From Gemmatimonadota bacterium (GTDB lineage Bacteria > Gemmatimonadota > Gemmatimonadetes > Palauibacterales > Palauibacteraceae), in assembly GCA_035464655.1 (NCBI GenBank), contig DATHRZ010000044.1, positions 33,015 through 97,014 on the forward strand: 64,000 nt of DNA, written 5' to 3'. Position numbers and translations under genes: made by a program. This document shows positions 20,870 through 32,283 of this stretch, one piece after another. Every line of letters starts with the position of its first letter. The stretch's first letter is position 1. Below the pieces are notes generated by a model. It had not been told where the DNA came from, did no database searches, and saw only the letters and a program-made list of their open reading frames with translations.

Positions 20870-22416
20870 TCCTCGATTTCAGCTCGCAGCTCGACTACGT
20901 GTGGGCCCTGCTGCCCGAGGTGATCCTCGCCATCACCGGTCTCGTCGTGCTCACGGGCGACGTGTTCGCCCGCGGGTCCTCGGAGGTCCAGAGCGGCCGC
21001 TGGGTGCCCGCCCTGGCGATCGCCGGACTCGTGGCAGCCGGCGCCGCGGCCGTCTTCCTCGCGGCCGTCGAGGGGCCGGGTCGGATGTCGATGGTCGCCG
21101 TCGACGGGATGCGGGTCGCGCTGACCCTGGTGATTGTCGGCGCGACGATCGTCGCACTGCTGTTCTCGCTCGAGGAGCTCGAGCGCAGGGGCCTCGCCGT
21201 GGGCGAGTTCTACTTTCTCGTTCTCATGGCCACGGTCGGGATGACGCTGTTGACGGCGGCTCGCGACCTCATCCTCGTGTTCGTGGCGATCGAGTTGATG
21301 TCGATCTCCGTCTACGTGCTCACCGGGTTCGACCGGCGGTCGCGGCGCTCGGCCGAGGCGGGGCTCAAGTATTTCCTCGTGGGAGCGTTTGCCAGCGGCT
21401 TCCTGCTGTACGGCATCGCGCTCGTGTTCGGCGCCGTCGGTGGCACGAACCTGGGCCTGGTCGACAGCGCCGTCGCCGCCGGCGCGGCGGACGGCAGCCT
21501 GCTCCTGCAGGCCGGCATCGCCCTGCTGCTGATCGGACTGGGCTTCAAGGTGTCGGCCGTCCCGTTCCACATGTGGACGCCCGACGCCTACGAAGGCGCG
21601 CCGACGCCGGTCACGGCGTTCATGGCCGCCGGCGTGAAGGCGGCCGGCTTCGCCGCCGGACTCCGCGTCGTGGCCATCGGCCTGGCGCCCGCGGCCGTCA
21701 TGTGGCACGACATCGTGTGGTGGCTCGCCCTGCTCACGATGATCGTCCCGAACCTGATCGCGCTGCAGGAAGAGGACGTCAAGCGCATGCTCGCCTACTC
21801 CTCCATAGCCCACGCCGGCTACCTGCTCGTCGGCCTGGTGGCGGGCGGGGCGCTGGGGATTTCCGCCACGATCTTCTACCTGGGCGTGTACGCGCTGATG
21901 ACCGTCGGCTCGTTCGCCGTGGTCGCGGTCGTGGCGGGGGGCAGCGAGGACGCGGCGCTCGGCAAGTTTCGCGGCCTCGGGTGGAGCCGACCTCTGCTGT
22001 CGCTGTTGATGGTCGTCTGCCTGCTGTCGCTGGCCGGCTTTCCGCCCACCGGCGGGTTCGTCGGGAAGCTCTACCTGCTGCAGGCGGCGATGAGCGCCGG
22101 AGAGGTCGCGCTCGCCGTCGTGCTGGTTCTGACGAGCGTCCTCTCCTACTACTACTATCTGCGTGTGATCTGGAAGATGTACTTCGACGAGGCGCCGGAG
22201 GGGGAGGCCCCCGCGGTACCGAGTCGTGCCTTCCAGTTCGCGGGCGGCGTGGCGGTTCTCGGGCTCCTGGCCTCGGGGCTGTTTCCCGGGCCCGCCGTCG
22301 ACGTGACCGAAGCGGCGGGCCTCGAGGCGGCGGCCGTGGTCGATGCGGATCCGGGCACGCCGCCCGAGGCGCCCACCCGCGCTGCGCCAGCCGCGCCGAT
22401 TCCCGCCGCGGAGTGA
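20866..22416 (+). CDS. nuoN: NADH-quinone oxidoreductase subunit N
   Basis: 516-aa antiporter-like subunit. The GTG start overlaps the nuoM stop (GTGA). Last gene of the operon. Confidence 0.9.
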
Positions 22417-22419
22417 GCC

Positions 22420-22440
22420 GGCCGCCGCGGCCCCGCGTTT
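22420..22440 (+). terminator. GC-rich hairpin (GGCCGCCGCGGCC) followed by a T-run, 3 nt after the nuoN stop; candidate partial terminator
   Basis: Palindrome read directly at 22420-22432, followed by CCGCGTTTCG. Confidence 0.3.
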
Positions 22441-22477
22441 CGACGAACCCCAGGTGGCGCACAGACCCGGACATGAG

Positions 22478-23860
22478 ATGAACGTATCCTCAACCATTTT
22501 TCGCGAGTACGACATTCGTGGCATCGTCGGCGACGACCTGACGGCCGACGTCGTCGAGGCCGTCGGCCGCGCCTACGCCACCCGCTGGCGCCGCCAGACC
22601 GGTCGTGACGGCGGCCGTATCGCCGTGGGCCACGACAATCGACCGAGCTCGCCCGGGCTCGCCGAGGGTATGTGTCGTGGGCTGAACGCCGCCGGCCTCG
22701 ACGCCGTCCTGCTCGACACGGTCCCCACGCCCGCGCTCTACTACGCGACCGTAGCGCTCGAGACCGATGGTGGCATCCAGATCACCGGATCGCACAATCC
22801 GCCCGAGTACAACGGCATCAAGATGGTCGTTTCCGACGGATCGGTTTACGGCGAGGCGATCCAGGAGATACGCGAGCTCGTCGAGGCCGACGACTACCTG
22901 AGCGGAGAAGGGACGACCACGCGCCACGAGATCCTCGACGCCTATGTGCGCGAGATCGGCGAGCGGGCGGCGGTCGAGGGCCCGGTGCACGTGGTGCTCG
23001 ACTGCGGCAACGGTACCGGAAGCGTCGCGGCCCCCCAGGCGCTGCGGGCCGCCGGCATCCAGGTGACCTGCCTGTACTGCGAATCCGACGGCACCTTTCC
23101 GAACCACCACCCGGACCCGACGGTGGACGAGAACCTGGTCGACCTGATCGCCAGGGTTCGGGAAACGGGCGCCGATCTCGGCATCGGACTCGACGGCGAC
23201 GCCGACCGGATTGGCGCGATCGACGGCGAGGGCCGAATCGTGCGGGGCGACCACCTGCTTCTCCTGTACGCCCTCGACGTACTGACCGAGTGGCCCGGGG
23301 CGGAGATCGTGTTCGACGTGAAGTGCTCGCAGGCACTGCCCGAGATGATCGAGGCGGCGGGCGGGGTTCCGGTGATGTGGAAGACGGGGCACTCGCTGAT
23401 CAAGGAGCGGATGAAGCAGGGTGGGGCGCCGGTGGCCGGCGAGATGAGCGGTCACATCTGCTTCGCCGATCGGTTCTACGGCTTCGACGACGCGATCTAC
23501 GCCGCGGCGCGGCTCGCGCAGCTCGTGCAGCAGAGCGGCCGCAGCCTGGCCGAGCTCGCCGCCCGCATCCCCAATTATCCGTCCACGCCCGAAGTGCGGC
23601 TCGACTGCCCGGAGGCGCGGAAGTTCGCGATCGTCGAGCGCATGGTCGAGCGGTACCGGCAGACGCACGACGTGATCGACATCGACGGCGCGCGCGTCCT
23701 GTTCGACGACGGGTGGGCGTTGATCCGGGCGAGCAACACGCAGCCCGTCATCGTCGTGCGCTTCGAGGCACAGAGCCGGGAGGGGCTTCAGCGGATTCGC
23801 GACGAGGTGGCGGGAGCGCTGGCCGGAGAGGGGGTCGAGGTTCCCCCCCTGGCCATCTGA
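22478..23860 (+). CDS. Phosphomannomutase/phosphoglucomutase (alpha-D-phosphohexomutase family)
   Basis: Active-site serine loop TGSHNPPEYNGIK, metal-binding GLDGDADRIG, and sugar-binding GEMSGH. Start is the ATG encoding MNVSSTIFREYDIRG at 22478. The longer track ORF is rejected. Confidence 0.85.
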   Translation: MNVSSTIFREYDIRGIVGDDLTADVVEAVGRAYATRWRRQTGRDGGRIAVGHDNRPSSPGLAEGMCRGLNAAGLDAVLLDTVPTPALYYATVALETDGGIQITGSHNPPEYNGIKMVVSDGSVYGEAIQEIRELVEADDYLSGEGTTTRHEILDAYVREIGERAAVEGPVHVVLDCGNGTGSVAAPQALRAAGIQVTCLYCESDGTFPNHHPDPTVDENLVDLIARVRETGADLGIGLDGDADRIGAIDGEGRIVRGDHLLLLYALDVLTEWPGAEIVFDVKCSQALPEMIEAAGGVPVMWKTGHSLIKERMKQGGAPVAGEMSGHICFADRFYGFDDAIYAAARLAQLVQQSGRSLAELAARIPNYPSTPEVRLDCPEARKFAIVERMVERYRQTHDVIDIDGARVLFDDGWALIRASNTQPVIVVRFEAQSREGLQRIRDEVAGALAGEGVEVPPLAI

Positions 23861-23862
23861 GC

Positions 23863-24819
23863 ATGCCGCCCGCGGCCCCGACCGTCGTGGTCGCGATCGG
23901 AGGCAACGCGCTGTCGCCGTCGGGCGAGTCGGCTTCGGTCCACAACCAGTTCCGACACACGCGTCAGAGCCTCGAGGTGATCGTCCCGCTGGCCCTCGAG
24001 GGGCGGGGAATCGCGATCGTGCACGGCAACGGACCGCAGGTGGGCGACGCACTCGTGCGAAACGAAGCGGCGCGGGAGCTCGTCGATCCGCTTCCACTGG
24101 GCGTACTGGTGGCGGGCACGGCGGGCTGGATCGGGTACATGATCCAGCAGTCGCTCGAGAATGCGCTGGCGCGCCAGGGGTGTGAGCGCCGGGTCGTCAC
24201 GCTGATCAGCCAGGTTCGCGTCGAGGCCGACGACCCGGCCCTGCGGAACCCGACGAAGTTCGTCGGGCGAGCCCTGGACGAGACCACGGCCGAGGTGCTG
24301 CGAGCGGCGGGGGTCCGTGTCGAAGCGGACGGAAACGGAAACCTGCGGCGCCTGGTCCCCAGCCCGCGCCCGGTGGAGATCGTCGAGTCGCGGATGGCGG
24401 CGGATCTCGTGGCGCGCGGCGACATCGTCATCGCGGCGGGCGGGGGAGGGATCCCGGTGTATCGAGATGAGGACCTCGGCCTCGAAGGCGTCGACGCGGT
24501 GGTCGACAAGGATCGCGCCGCCGCCATATTGGCCGTGAGCATCGGCGCCGCCGAGCTGCTGATCCTCACCGACGTGGACGGCGTCTACACGGGATGGGGA
24601 ACCGCCGACGCGAAGCGCATCGATCGGCTCCCGGTATCCGCCGTACGCCGGCTGCTCGCCGGGCCCGAACTCGAGGGTGCGGGCGGTAGCATGCGTCCCA
24701 AGGTCGAGGCGGCGATGGATTTCGTGGTATCGGGCGGTCGGCGGGCCGTGATCGCGGCGCTGGAGGATGGTCCCGAGGCCGTGGCCGGCCGGGCGGGAAC
24801 CGAGATCGTGAACGATTGA
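23863..24819 (+). CDS. arcC: Carbamate kinase (orphan; no arcA, arcB or arcD nearby)
   Basis: N-terminal VVVAIGGNAL and overall amino-acid-kinase fold sequence (IVHGNGPQVG ... AAGGGGIPV ... VDKDRAAAILA). Start ATG at 23863, 2 nt after the pmm stop. Confidence 0.75.
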   Translation: MPPAAPTVVVAIGGNALSPSGESASVHNQFRHTRQSLEVIVPLALEGRGIAIVHGNGPQVGDALVRNEAARELVDPLPLGVLVAGTAGWIGYMIQQSLENALARQGCERRVVTLISQVRVEADDPALRNPTKFVGRALDETTAEVLRAAGVRVEADGNGNLRRLVPSPRPVEIVESRMAADLVARGDIVIAAGGGGIPVYRDEDLGLEGVDAVVDKDRAAAILAVSIGAAELLILTDVDGVYTGWGTADAKRIDRLPVSAVRRLLAGPELEGAGGSMRPKVEAAMDFVVSGGRRAVIAALEDGPEAVAGRAGTEIVND

Positions 24820-24837
24820 ACTCAGCAGAAGGGCGTC

Positions 24838-25979
<1,142 letters not shown>

Positions 25980-25983
<4 letters not shown>

Positions 25984-26849
25984 GTATTCTGATCGGACAG
26001 GACACCCGACTGGTCGTGCAGGGCATCACGGGCCGCGACGGCTCGTTTCACGCCCGCCAGATGATCGAGTACGGGACGCAGGTCGTGGCCGGAGTCACGC
26101 CGGGCAAGGGCGGCCGCACGTTCGACGACGCCGTCCCGGTGTTCGACACCGTCGAGCGCGCCGTCGACGAGACGGGCGCCAACACCAGCGTGATCTACGT
26201 ACCGGCGGCATTCGCGGCCGACGCGATTTTCGAGGCGGCCGATGCGGGCATCGAGCTCATCGTCTGCATCACCGAGGGAGTGCCGGTGGGCGACATGACC
26301 CGTGTGCTCCCCTACGTGCGTGACCGCGGGGCGCGGCTGCTCGGCCCGAACTGCCCCGGGCTCATCACACCGGGCGTCTGCAAGGTGGGGATCCTCCCGG
26401 GACAGATCGTCGCCCCGGGCGACATCGGGGTCGTGAGCCGCTCGGGAACACTGACCTACGAAGTGGTCTATCAGCTCACCCGAGCGGGCCTCGGTCAGTC
26501 GACCTGCGTGGGGATCGGGGGCGATCCGCTGATCGGCACCGACTTCGTCGACTGCTTGCGGATGTTCGAGGAGGACGAGGGGACGATCGCGGTCGCGATG
26601 ATGGGCGAGATCGGCGGCACGGACGAGCAGGTGGCGGCCGAGTTCGTCCGCGACCACATGAGGAAGCCGGTCGTCGGATTCATCGCCGGCCAGACCGCAC
26701 CGCCGGGTCGGCGGATGGGGCATGCCGGGGCGATCATCTCCGGCTCCGAGGGAACCGCGAAGGAGAAGATGAAGGCGTTCGAAGACTGCGGGATCAGCGT
26801 GGCCGAGCGGCCGGCCGACTTCGTCGGGCTGATCCAGGAACGGATATGA
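25980..26849 (+). CDS. sucD: Succinyl-CoA synthetase alpha subunit
   Basis: [21 protein letters not shown], with the phospho-histidine loop GHAGAII. GTG start overlaps the sucC stop. Confidence 0.95.
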
Positions 26850-27295
26850 GCGAGAAAAGGACGAGCATGGCTGCCACACATACACTCACGATCATCAAGC
26901 CCGACGCGTTCGAAAGCGGCAAGGCCGGTCCCATCCTCGCCCACCTCGAGGACGCGGGCTTCGAGCTCGTGGCGGCGCGCGTGCTCCGCCTGGCCAAGGC
27001 CGAGGCGGAGGAGTTCTATGCGGTGCACCGCGAGCGGCCGTTCTTCGGCTCGCTCGTAGAGTTCATGACGTCGGGGCGCTGCATGCCCATGGTGCTGCGA
27101 CGTGACGACGCGGTGGCGGAACTGCGCCGCGTGATCGGCGCGACCGACCCCGCCGAAGCCGAGGCGGGCACCGTGAGGGCCCTGTATGCCGAGAGCAAGG
27201 AGCGCAATGCGATTCACGCCTCGGATTCGGACGCCAACGCGGCCGTCGAGGCAGGGTTCTTCTTCGCCCGTCGCGACTGGCTGGCCACTGATTGA
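26846..27295 (+). CDS. ndk: Nucleoside diphosphate kinase
   Basis: [10 protein letters not shown] ... NAIHASDS (active-site His). The true start may be the internal M at 26867 (MAATHTL). Confidence 0.9.
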   Translation: MSEKRTSMAATHTLTIIKPDAFESGKAGPILAHLEDAGFELVAARVLRLAKAEAEEFYAVHRERPFFGSLVEFMTSGRCMPMVLRRDDAVAELRRVIGATDPAEAEAGTVRALYAESKERNAIHASDSDANAAVEAGFFFARRDWLATD

Positions 27296-27315
27296 CAGAA
27301 CTACTGAATACCGCT

Positions 27316-27876
27316 ATGCATAAGGGCTTGCCGACGCTTCCTTTGTCGCGCGATCGGCTGCGCGAGGGCCCGGTCGGCTTCGAGAGCGACCTGGGCCTCG
27401 AGAGCGAGTTCGGCCCGATCGGCTTCGAGCTCGACGGTCCGCCCGAGGTCGCGATCACGGCCGAGGAGATGCAGGACGGCCGGGTGCGGATCAGGGGCTC
27501 GCTGACGGCGCGCCTCTCCGAAACCTGCTCGAGGTGCCTGAATGTGGTCGAGCGAGAGCGCAGCATTCCGCTCGACTTCCGGTTCGAGCCGGGTCTCGAT
27601 GCGTGGGACGAGGGTCCGGGGGTGTACGCCCTGGACGCCAATCAGGATGAGCTGGACGCTGGGCCGGCGTTGCGCGAGGAACTGTTGCTCGCACTGCCGG
27701 ATTATCCGCTGTGCCGGCCCGAGTGCCGGGGGCTCTGTCCCCAGTGCGGAGCCGACCTCAACGAGGGCGACTGCGATTGCGCGGAGCCCACGGGCGATTC
27801 GCGCTGGGACGCGCTCCGCACGCAGCTCGCGTCGGATGGACTCGCAGCGAACGACGATGAACGACAGGATGGTTGA
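27316..27876 (+). CDS. yceD: YceD/DUF177 family protein (large-subunit ribosome assembly)
   Basis: C-terminal Cys cluster CRPECRGLCPQCGADLNEGDCDC, typical of DUF177. It immediately precedes rpmF, as in many bacteria. ATG 27316 is preferred over TTG 27292. Confidence 0.75.
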   Translation: MHKGLPTLPLSRDRLREGPVGFESDLGLESEFGPIGFELDGPPEVAITAEEMQDGRVRIRGSLTARLSETCSRCLNVVERERSIPLDFRFEPGLDAWDEGPGVYALDANQDELDAGPALREELLLALPDYPLCRPECRGLCPQCGADLNEGDCDCAEPTGDSRWDALRTQLASDGLAANDDERQDG

Positions 27877-27878
27877 CG

Positions 27879-28064
27879 ATGGCGGTACCGAAGAGACGGA
27901 CATCGAAGCAGCGCAAGCGGAAGCGTCGCGGCGGTCAGCGGGCGAACACGTCGCCTGCGACACAATCGTGCGAGCGCTGCGGCGATCCGCGGCGCCCGCA
28001 TCGCGTGTGCCCCACCTGCGGTTACTACGGTGACCGCGAGGTGGTGCGCGTCGAGGAGTTTTAG
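27879..28064 (+). CDS. rpmF: 50S ribosomal protein L32
   Basis: MAVPKRRTSKQRKRKRR N-terminus, and a C-x2-C ... C-x2-C zinc ribbon (CERCG ... CPTCG). Confidence 0.9.
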   Translation: MAVPKRRTSKQRKRKRRGGQRANTSPATQSCERCGDPRRPHRVCPTCGYYGDREVVRVEEF

Positions 28065-28085
28065 AAGCCCGCTTCCGAGGGCACC

Positions 28086-29036
28086 ATGAGCACGCGCATC
28101 GCGGCGATGTTTCCGGGCCAGGGCTCGCAGCATGTCGGCATGGGAGCGAAGCTGGCGGAGGCGGAGCCGGCGGTCCGGCAATTGTACGAACAGGCCGACG
28201 AGATCCTCGGCATCCGGCTGAGTCGGATCTGCCACGAGGGCCCCGAGGCGGACCTCGTGCGTACCGAAAACGCGCAGCCGGCCATCCTCCTGCACGGCTT
28301 CGCCGCGTGGAGCGTCCTCCCGACCGAGATCCGCGACGCCGTGGTCGTCGGCGCCGGACACTCCCTGGGTGAATTCACCGCATGGTTGGCGGCCGGCGGC
28401 CTGTCCTTCGCCGACGCGCTCCGAACCGTGAGGCGGCGCGGCGAGCTCATGGCGGCCGCCGGCGACGAGCGGCGGGGCACGATGGCCGCCATACTCGGAC
28501 TCGACCCGCAGACGGTCGTGCGGGTGTGCGACACGATCTCGAACGAGACGAACCGGACGGTCGTACCCGCGAACTACAACGCGCCGGGCCAGATCGTGAT
28601 CAGCGGCGACGTCGAGGCCGTCGAGGCCACCTGCGCCGCCGCCCTCGATGCCGGGGCCCGTCGCGCGGTTCCGCTCAACGTGAGCGGCGCTTTCCATTCG
28701 CCGCTGATGCGCGGCGCCCGCGAAGGCCTTCGCGAAACTCTTCAGGGCCTCGAGATGGCGGACCCGTCGTTCCCCGTCGTGGCGAACGCGTCCGCCGCGG
28801 CCGTCGAGTCGGGCGAGGAAGGGCGGGAACGGCTGGTAGAGCAGTTGACCAGCCCGGTTCGGTGGGTGGAATCCGTGGCGGCGATGGAGGAGTACGAACC
28901 GGGGCTGTGGATCGAACCCGGCCCCGGCAGCGTGCTCACCGGCCTGCTGCGGCGCATCGAACGCCGCCGACCCATGGCATCGGCCGGCACACCGGAGGAA
29001 ATCGAAGCTCTCGTGGAGGCATTCCATGCAGCGTGA
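28086..29036 (+). CDS. fabD: Malonyl-CoA:ACP transacylase
   Basis: FPGQGSQHVGMG, with active-site GHSLGEF. Confidence 0.95.
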   Translation: MSTRIAAMFPGQGSQHVGMGAKLAEAEPAVRQLYEQADEILGIRLSRICHEGPEADLVRTENAQPAILLHGFAAWSVLPTEIRDAVVVGAGHSLGEFTAWLAAGGLSFADALRTVRRRGELMAAAGDERRGTMAAILGLDPQTVVRVCDTISNETNRTVVPANYNAPGQIVISGDVEAVEATCAAALDAGARRAVPLNVSGAFHSPLMRGAREGLRETLQGLEMADPSFPVVANASAAAVESGEEGRERLVEQLTSPVRWVESVAAMEEYEPGLWIEPGPGSVLTGLLRRIERRRPMASAGTPEEIEALVEAFHAA

Positions 29037-29769
29037 ACTCGAAGATCAGGTCGCGATCGTCACGGGCGCGTCGCGGGGCATCGGCCTCGCGATCGCGAGG
29101 AGTCTCTCCGGCGCGGGCGCGCAGGTTGCCTGCGTATCGCGCGGCCTCGAAGGCGCCGAAGCGGCCGCATCCACCCTCGACGGCCCGGCGCGTGGCTACG
29201 CCTGCGACGTGGCCGATCCGGAAGCGTGCGGCGAGCTGGCCGAAGCCGTCGAACGGGATCTCGGTCCGCCCGACATCCTGGTCAACAATGCGGGCATCAC
29301 GCGTGACAACGTTTTCGTCCGGCTGAAGTACGAGGACTGGACGACAGTGATCGACACGAACCTCACGGGCGCGTTCAACATGACGCGGGCCCTGGCCCGC
29401 GGGATGATGAAGCGTCGGGCCGGACGTATCATCAATATCTCCAGCGTCGTAGGCTTGACGGGGAACCGCGGTCAGGCCAACTATGCCGCATCGAAGGCCG
29501 GACTCGTCGGCTTCTCGAAATCAGTGGCGCTCGAGCTGTCTTCGCGAAACGTGCTGGTCAACGTGGTGGCGCCCGGGTTCATCGAGACGGACATGACCGC
29601 CGAGCTGGGCGACGATACGCGCGCCGAACTCGCGGAGCGGATCCCGCTCGGCCGGATGGGAAGCACCGGGGACGTCGCCGGAGTCGTCCGGTTTCTGGCG
29701 GGACCGGCGTCGAGCTATATGACGGGACAGGTGCTCGTCGTCGACGGCGGCATGGTGATGCAAGGCTGA
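29026..29769 (+). CDS. fabG: 3-oxoacyl-ACP reductase
   Basis: SDR family: TGASRGIGLAIA, NNAGI, and the catalytic YAASKAG. Confidence 0.95.
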   Translation: MQRELEDQVAIVTGASRGIGLAIARSLSGAGAQVACVSRGLEGAEAAASTLDGPARGYACDVADPEACGELAEAVERDLGPPDILVNNAGITRDNVFVRLKYEDWTTVIDTNLTGAFNMTRALARGMMKRRAGRIINISSVVGLTGNRGQANYAASKAGLVGFSKSVALELSSRNVLVNVVAPGFIETDMTAELGDDTRAELAERIPLGRMGSTGDVAGVVRFLAGPASSYMTGQVLVVDGGMVMQG

Positions 29770-29791
29770 GCGCACGGCCGAAAGAGGGCCG

Positions 29792-29804
29792 CACGAGACT
29801 CGTG
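29792..29804. promoter_or_regulatory. Perfect palindrome CACGAG-A-CTCGTG in the 72-nt fabG-acpP spacer (candidate operator or attenuator)
   Basis: Read directly. Function unknown. Confidence 0.25.
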
Positions 29805-29841
29805 TGGCTCACAGGGCACCCTTCACAGGAGATACCGAGAT

Positions 29842-30081
29842 ATGTCGGACACCGGGGACAAGGTACGGGAAATCATCGCCGACGAACTCGGCGTCGAGAT
29901 GGGCAAGGTCACGGACGAGGCCGCGTTCGTCGAAGACCTCGGCGCCGATTCGCTCGACACCGTAGAGCTCGTGATGCGGTTCGAGGAGGAGTTCGAAGTC
30001 GAGATTCCCGACGAAGATGCCGAGAAGATGCTGACCGTGGGTGACGCGATCAAGTATCTCGGCGAGCGGCAGGAGGGCTGA
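29842..30081 (+). CDS. acpP: Acyl carrier protein
   Basis: 79 aa, with the phosphopantetheine site LGADSLD. Confidence 0.95.
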   Translation: MSDTGDKVREIIADELGVEMGKVTDEAAFVEDLGADSLDTVELVMRFEEEFEVEIPDEDAEKMLTVGDAIKYLGERQEG

Positions 30082-30109
30082 GCCCGCCGCCGCGGCGGGA
30101 GCGTCGATC

Positions 30110-31369
30110 ATGACCGAACGACATCGGGTCGTCGTCACGGGGATGGGCCTGGTCACCGCCGTCGGGCTCGACGTCGAGACGTCGTGGGCGGCGTTGCTCG
30201 AAGGACGGAGCGGGGTGGGAGCCATCACCCTGTTCGACGCGTCCGACCAGACGGTGCGGTTCGCGGCCGAGGTCGACGGTTTCGACCCTGAGCTGTACAT
30301 GGATCGCAAAGAGGTCAAGCGCGCCGATCGATTTCTGCAGTTCGCGATGGCCACGGCCGACCAGGCGATGCGCCAGGCGGGCCTGGACGGGCACACGGCG
30401 GAGACTCCGACGGACCGCATGGGGGTCATCGTGGGCAGCGGCATCGGCGGCCTGGCGACGCTCGAAGCACAGCACTCGAAAATGCTCGAGCGTGGGCCCG
30501 GCCGCGTGTCTCCGTTCTTCATCCCCATGTTCATCGCCGACATGGCGGCGGGGATGATCTCGATGCGCTATGGAGCGAGGGGCCCGAATTACGCCACGGT
30601 GTCGGCCTGCGCCTCGAGCGCCCACGCCCTCGGCCTCGCGCTGCGGTCCCTTCGAAACGGGGAGGCCGACGTGATGATCGCGGGGGGAACCGAGAGCACG
30701 ATCACCCCGCTGTGCATGGCCGGTTTCGCGTCGATGAAGGCCCTGTCGGAGCGGAACGATTCGCCGGAGACGGCGTCGCGTCCGTTCGACGCCCATCGCG
30801 ACGGCTTCGTTCTCGGCGAGGGCTCCGGCATGCTGGTGCTCGAGACGCTGGAGCACGCCCGTGAACGCGGCGCCCTGATTCTTGGCGAGTTGGCGGGCTT
30901 CGGACAGAGCGCCGACGCCTACCACATGACGGCGCCCGCACCCGGCGGTGTCGGCGCGCAGCTCGCGATGCGCGGTGCGCTGGCCGATGCCGGGGTTACC
31001 ACGGCCGACGTCGACTACGTGAACGCGCACGGGACCTCGACGCCGGCCAACGACGCGACCGAGACGTCCGCCATTCGTCAGCTGTTCGGCGAGGACGCCG
31101 ACCGACTGCTCGTCAGTTCGACGAAGTCGATGATCGGCCACACGCTGGGAGCAGCCGGGGCCATCGAGACCGTGATCTGCCTGCTCGCCGCCCGCGACGG
31201 TATCGTGCCGCCGACCATCAACTACGAGACGCCCGATCCGGAGTGCGACTTGAGCTACGCACCGAATACGTCCGTCGAACGCAGCATCGACGTCGCGTTG
31301 TCGAACTCGTTCGGGTTCGGCGGACACAATGTGGCGCTCGTGGTCCGGCGCTGGGAGGAGGACGAATGA
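30110..31369 (+). CDS. fabF: 3-oxoacyl-ACP synthase II
   Basis: RVVVTGMGLVTAVG, active-site Cys in ATVSACASSAH, and His/His in NAHGTST and GHTLGAAG. Confidence 0.95.
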   Translation: MTERHRVVVTGMGLVTAVGLDVETSWAALLEGRSGVGAITLFDASDQTVRFAAEVDGFDPELYMDRKEVKRADRFLQFAMATADQAMRQAGLDGHTAETPTDRMGVIVGSGIGGLATLEAQHSKMLERGPGRVSPFFIPMFIADMAAGMISMRYGARGPNYATVSACASSAHALGLALRSLRNGEADVMIAGGTESTITPLCMAGFASMKALSERNDSPETASRPFDAHRDGFVLGEGSGMLVLETLEHARERGALILGELAGFGQSADAYHMTAPAPGGVGAQLAMRGALADAGVTTADVDYVNAHGTSTPANDATETSAIRQLFGEDADRLLVSSTKSMIGHTLGAAGAIETVICLLAARDGIVPPTINYETPDPECDLSYAPNTSVERSIDVALSNSFGFGGHNVALVVRRWEEDE

Positions 31370-31776
31370 GCCGGGTACTGGTACTGATGGGCTCGGAGAG
31401 CGATCGCCCGACGATGCAGAAGGGCGTCGACGTGCTCGCGGAGTACGGCGTCGACGTGGAGGTGGTCGTGAGCAGCGCGCATCGTGATCCGGTGCGAACG
31501 GCCGAACTCGCCTCCGGTGCGGCGGCGGCCGGGTTCGGGACCGTGATCTGCGGCGCGGGCCTGTCGGCGGCCCTGCCGGGCGTCGTCGCCGCCCATACCG
31601 AGCTGCCGGTCATCGGCGTGCCGATCTCGGCGGGCACGCTCGGCGGGCTCGACGCGTTGCTGTCGATCGCGCAGATGCCGCCCGGCGTTCCCGTCGCGAC
31701 GGTCGGAATCGACAACGCGCGCAATGCAGCCCACCTCGCGTTGCGCATCCTCGGAAAGAGCGCGCCGGCCGCATAG
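31366..31776 (+). CDS. purE: N5-carboxyaminoimidazole ribonucleotide mutase (short PurE)
   Basis: VLVLMGSESD ... VVSAHR ... ICGAGLSAALPGVVAAHTELPVIGVP ... LSIAQMPPGVPVATVGI. About 136 aa. Confidence 0.8.
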   Translation: MSRVLVLMGSESDRPTMQKGVDVLAEYGVDVEVVVSSAHRDPVRTAELASGAAAAGFGTVICGAGLSAALPGVVAAHTELPVIGVPISAGTLGGLDALLSIAQMPPGVPVATVGIDNARNAAHLALRILGKSAPAA

Positions 31777-31799
31777 GCCGCCGCGATCCGCAAGCCGGC

Positions 31800-32279
31800 G
31801 TGCGCGCAGGTACGGGCTACGACTCGCACCGCTTCACTGGCACCCGCCCGCTCGTGCTCGGCGGCGTGACGATCCCCGACGCGCCCGGGTTGGCCGGACA
31901 CTCCGACGGCGACGCCGTCTTGCACGCGCTGATCGACGCGCTGCTCGGTGCCACGGCCCTCGGCAGCATCGGCCTCATGTTTCCCGATACCGACGCGAAC
32001 CTCGCCGGAATCGATTCGACCGTGCTGCTTTCCCGGGTCGTCGAGCGGCTTGCCGAGGACGACTGGCGCGTCGTCAACGCCGACATCACCGTGATCGCCG
32101 AGCGGCCGCGTATCCAGCCGCATGCGGAGGCGATGCGCGAGCGGATCTCCGGGTTGCTCGGCGTGCCGGGCACGTCGGTATCGGTGAAGGGAAAGACGAA
32201 CGAAGGGATGGGATGGGTCGGTCGTGGCGAAGGCCTCGCCGTCATGGCCGTCGCCCTGGTCGACCGCGCCGCGGACTAG
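31800..32279 (+). CDS. ispF: 2-C-methyl-D-erythritol 2,4-cyclodiphosphate synthase
   Basis: GTGYDSHRF ... GHSDGDAVLHAL ... VKGKTNEG. GTG start. Confidence 0.9.
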   Translation: MRAGTGYDSHRFTGTRPLVLGGVTIPDAPGLAGHSDGDAVLHALIDALLGATALGSIGLMFPDTDANLAGIDSTVLLSRVVERLAEDDWRVVNADITVIAERPRIQPHAEAMRERISGLLGVPGTSVSVKGKTNEGMGWVGRGEGLAVMAVALVDRAAD

Positions 32280-32283
32280 AAGC

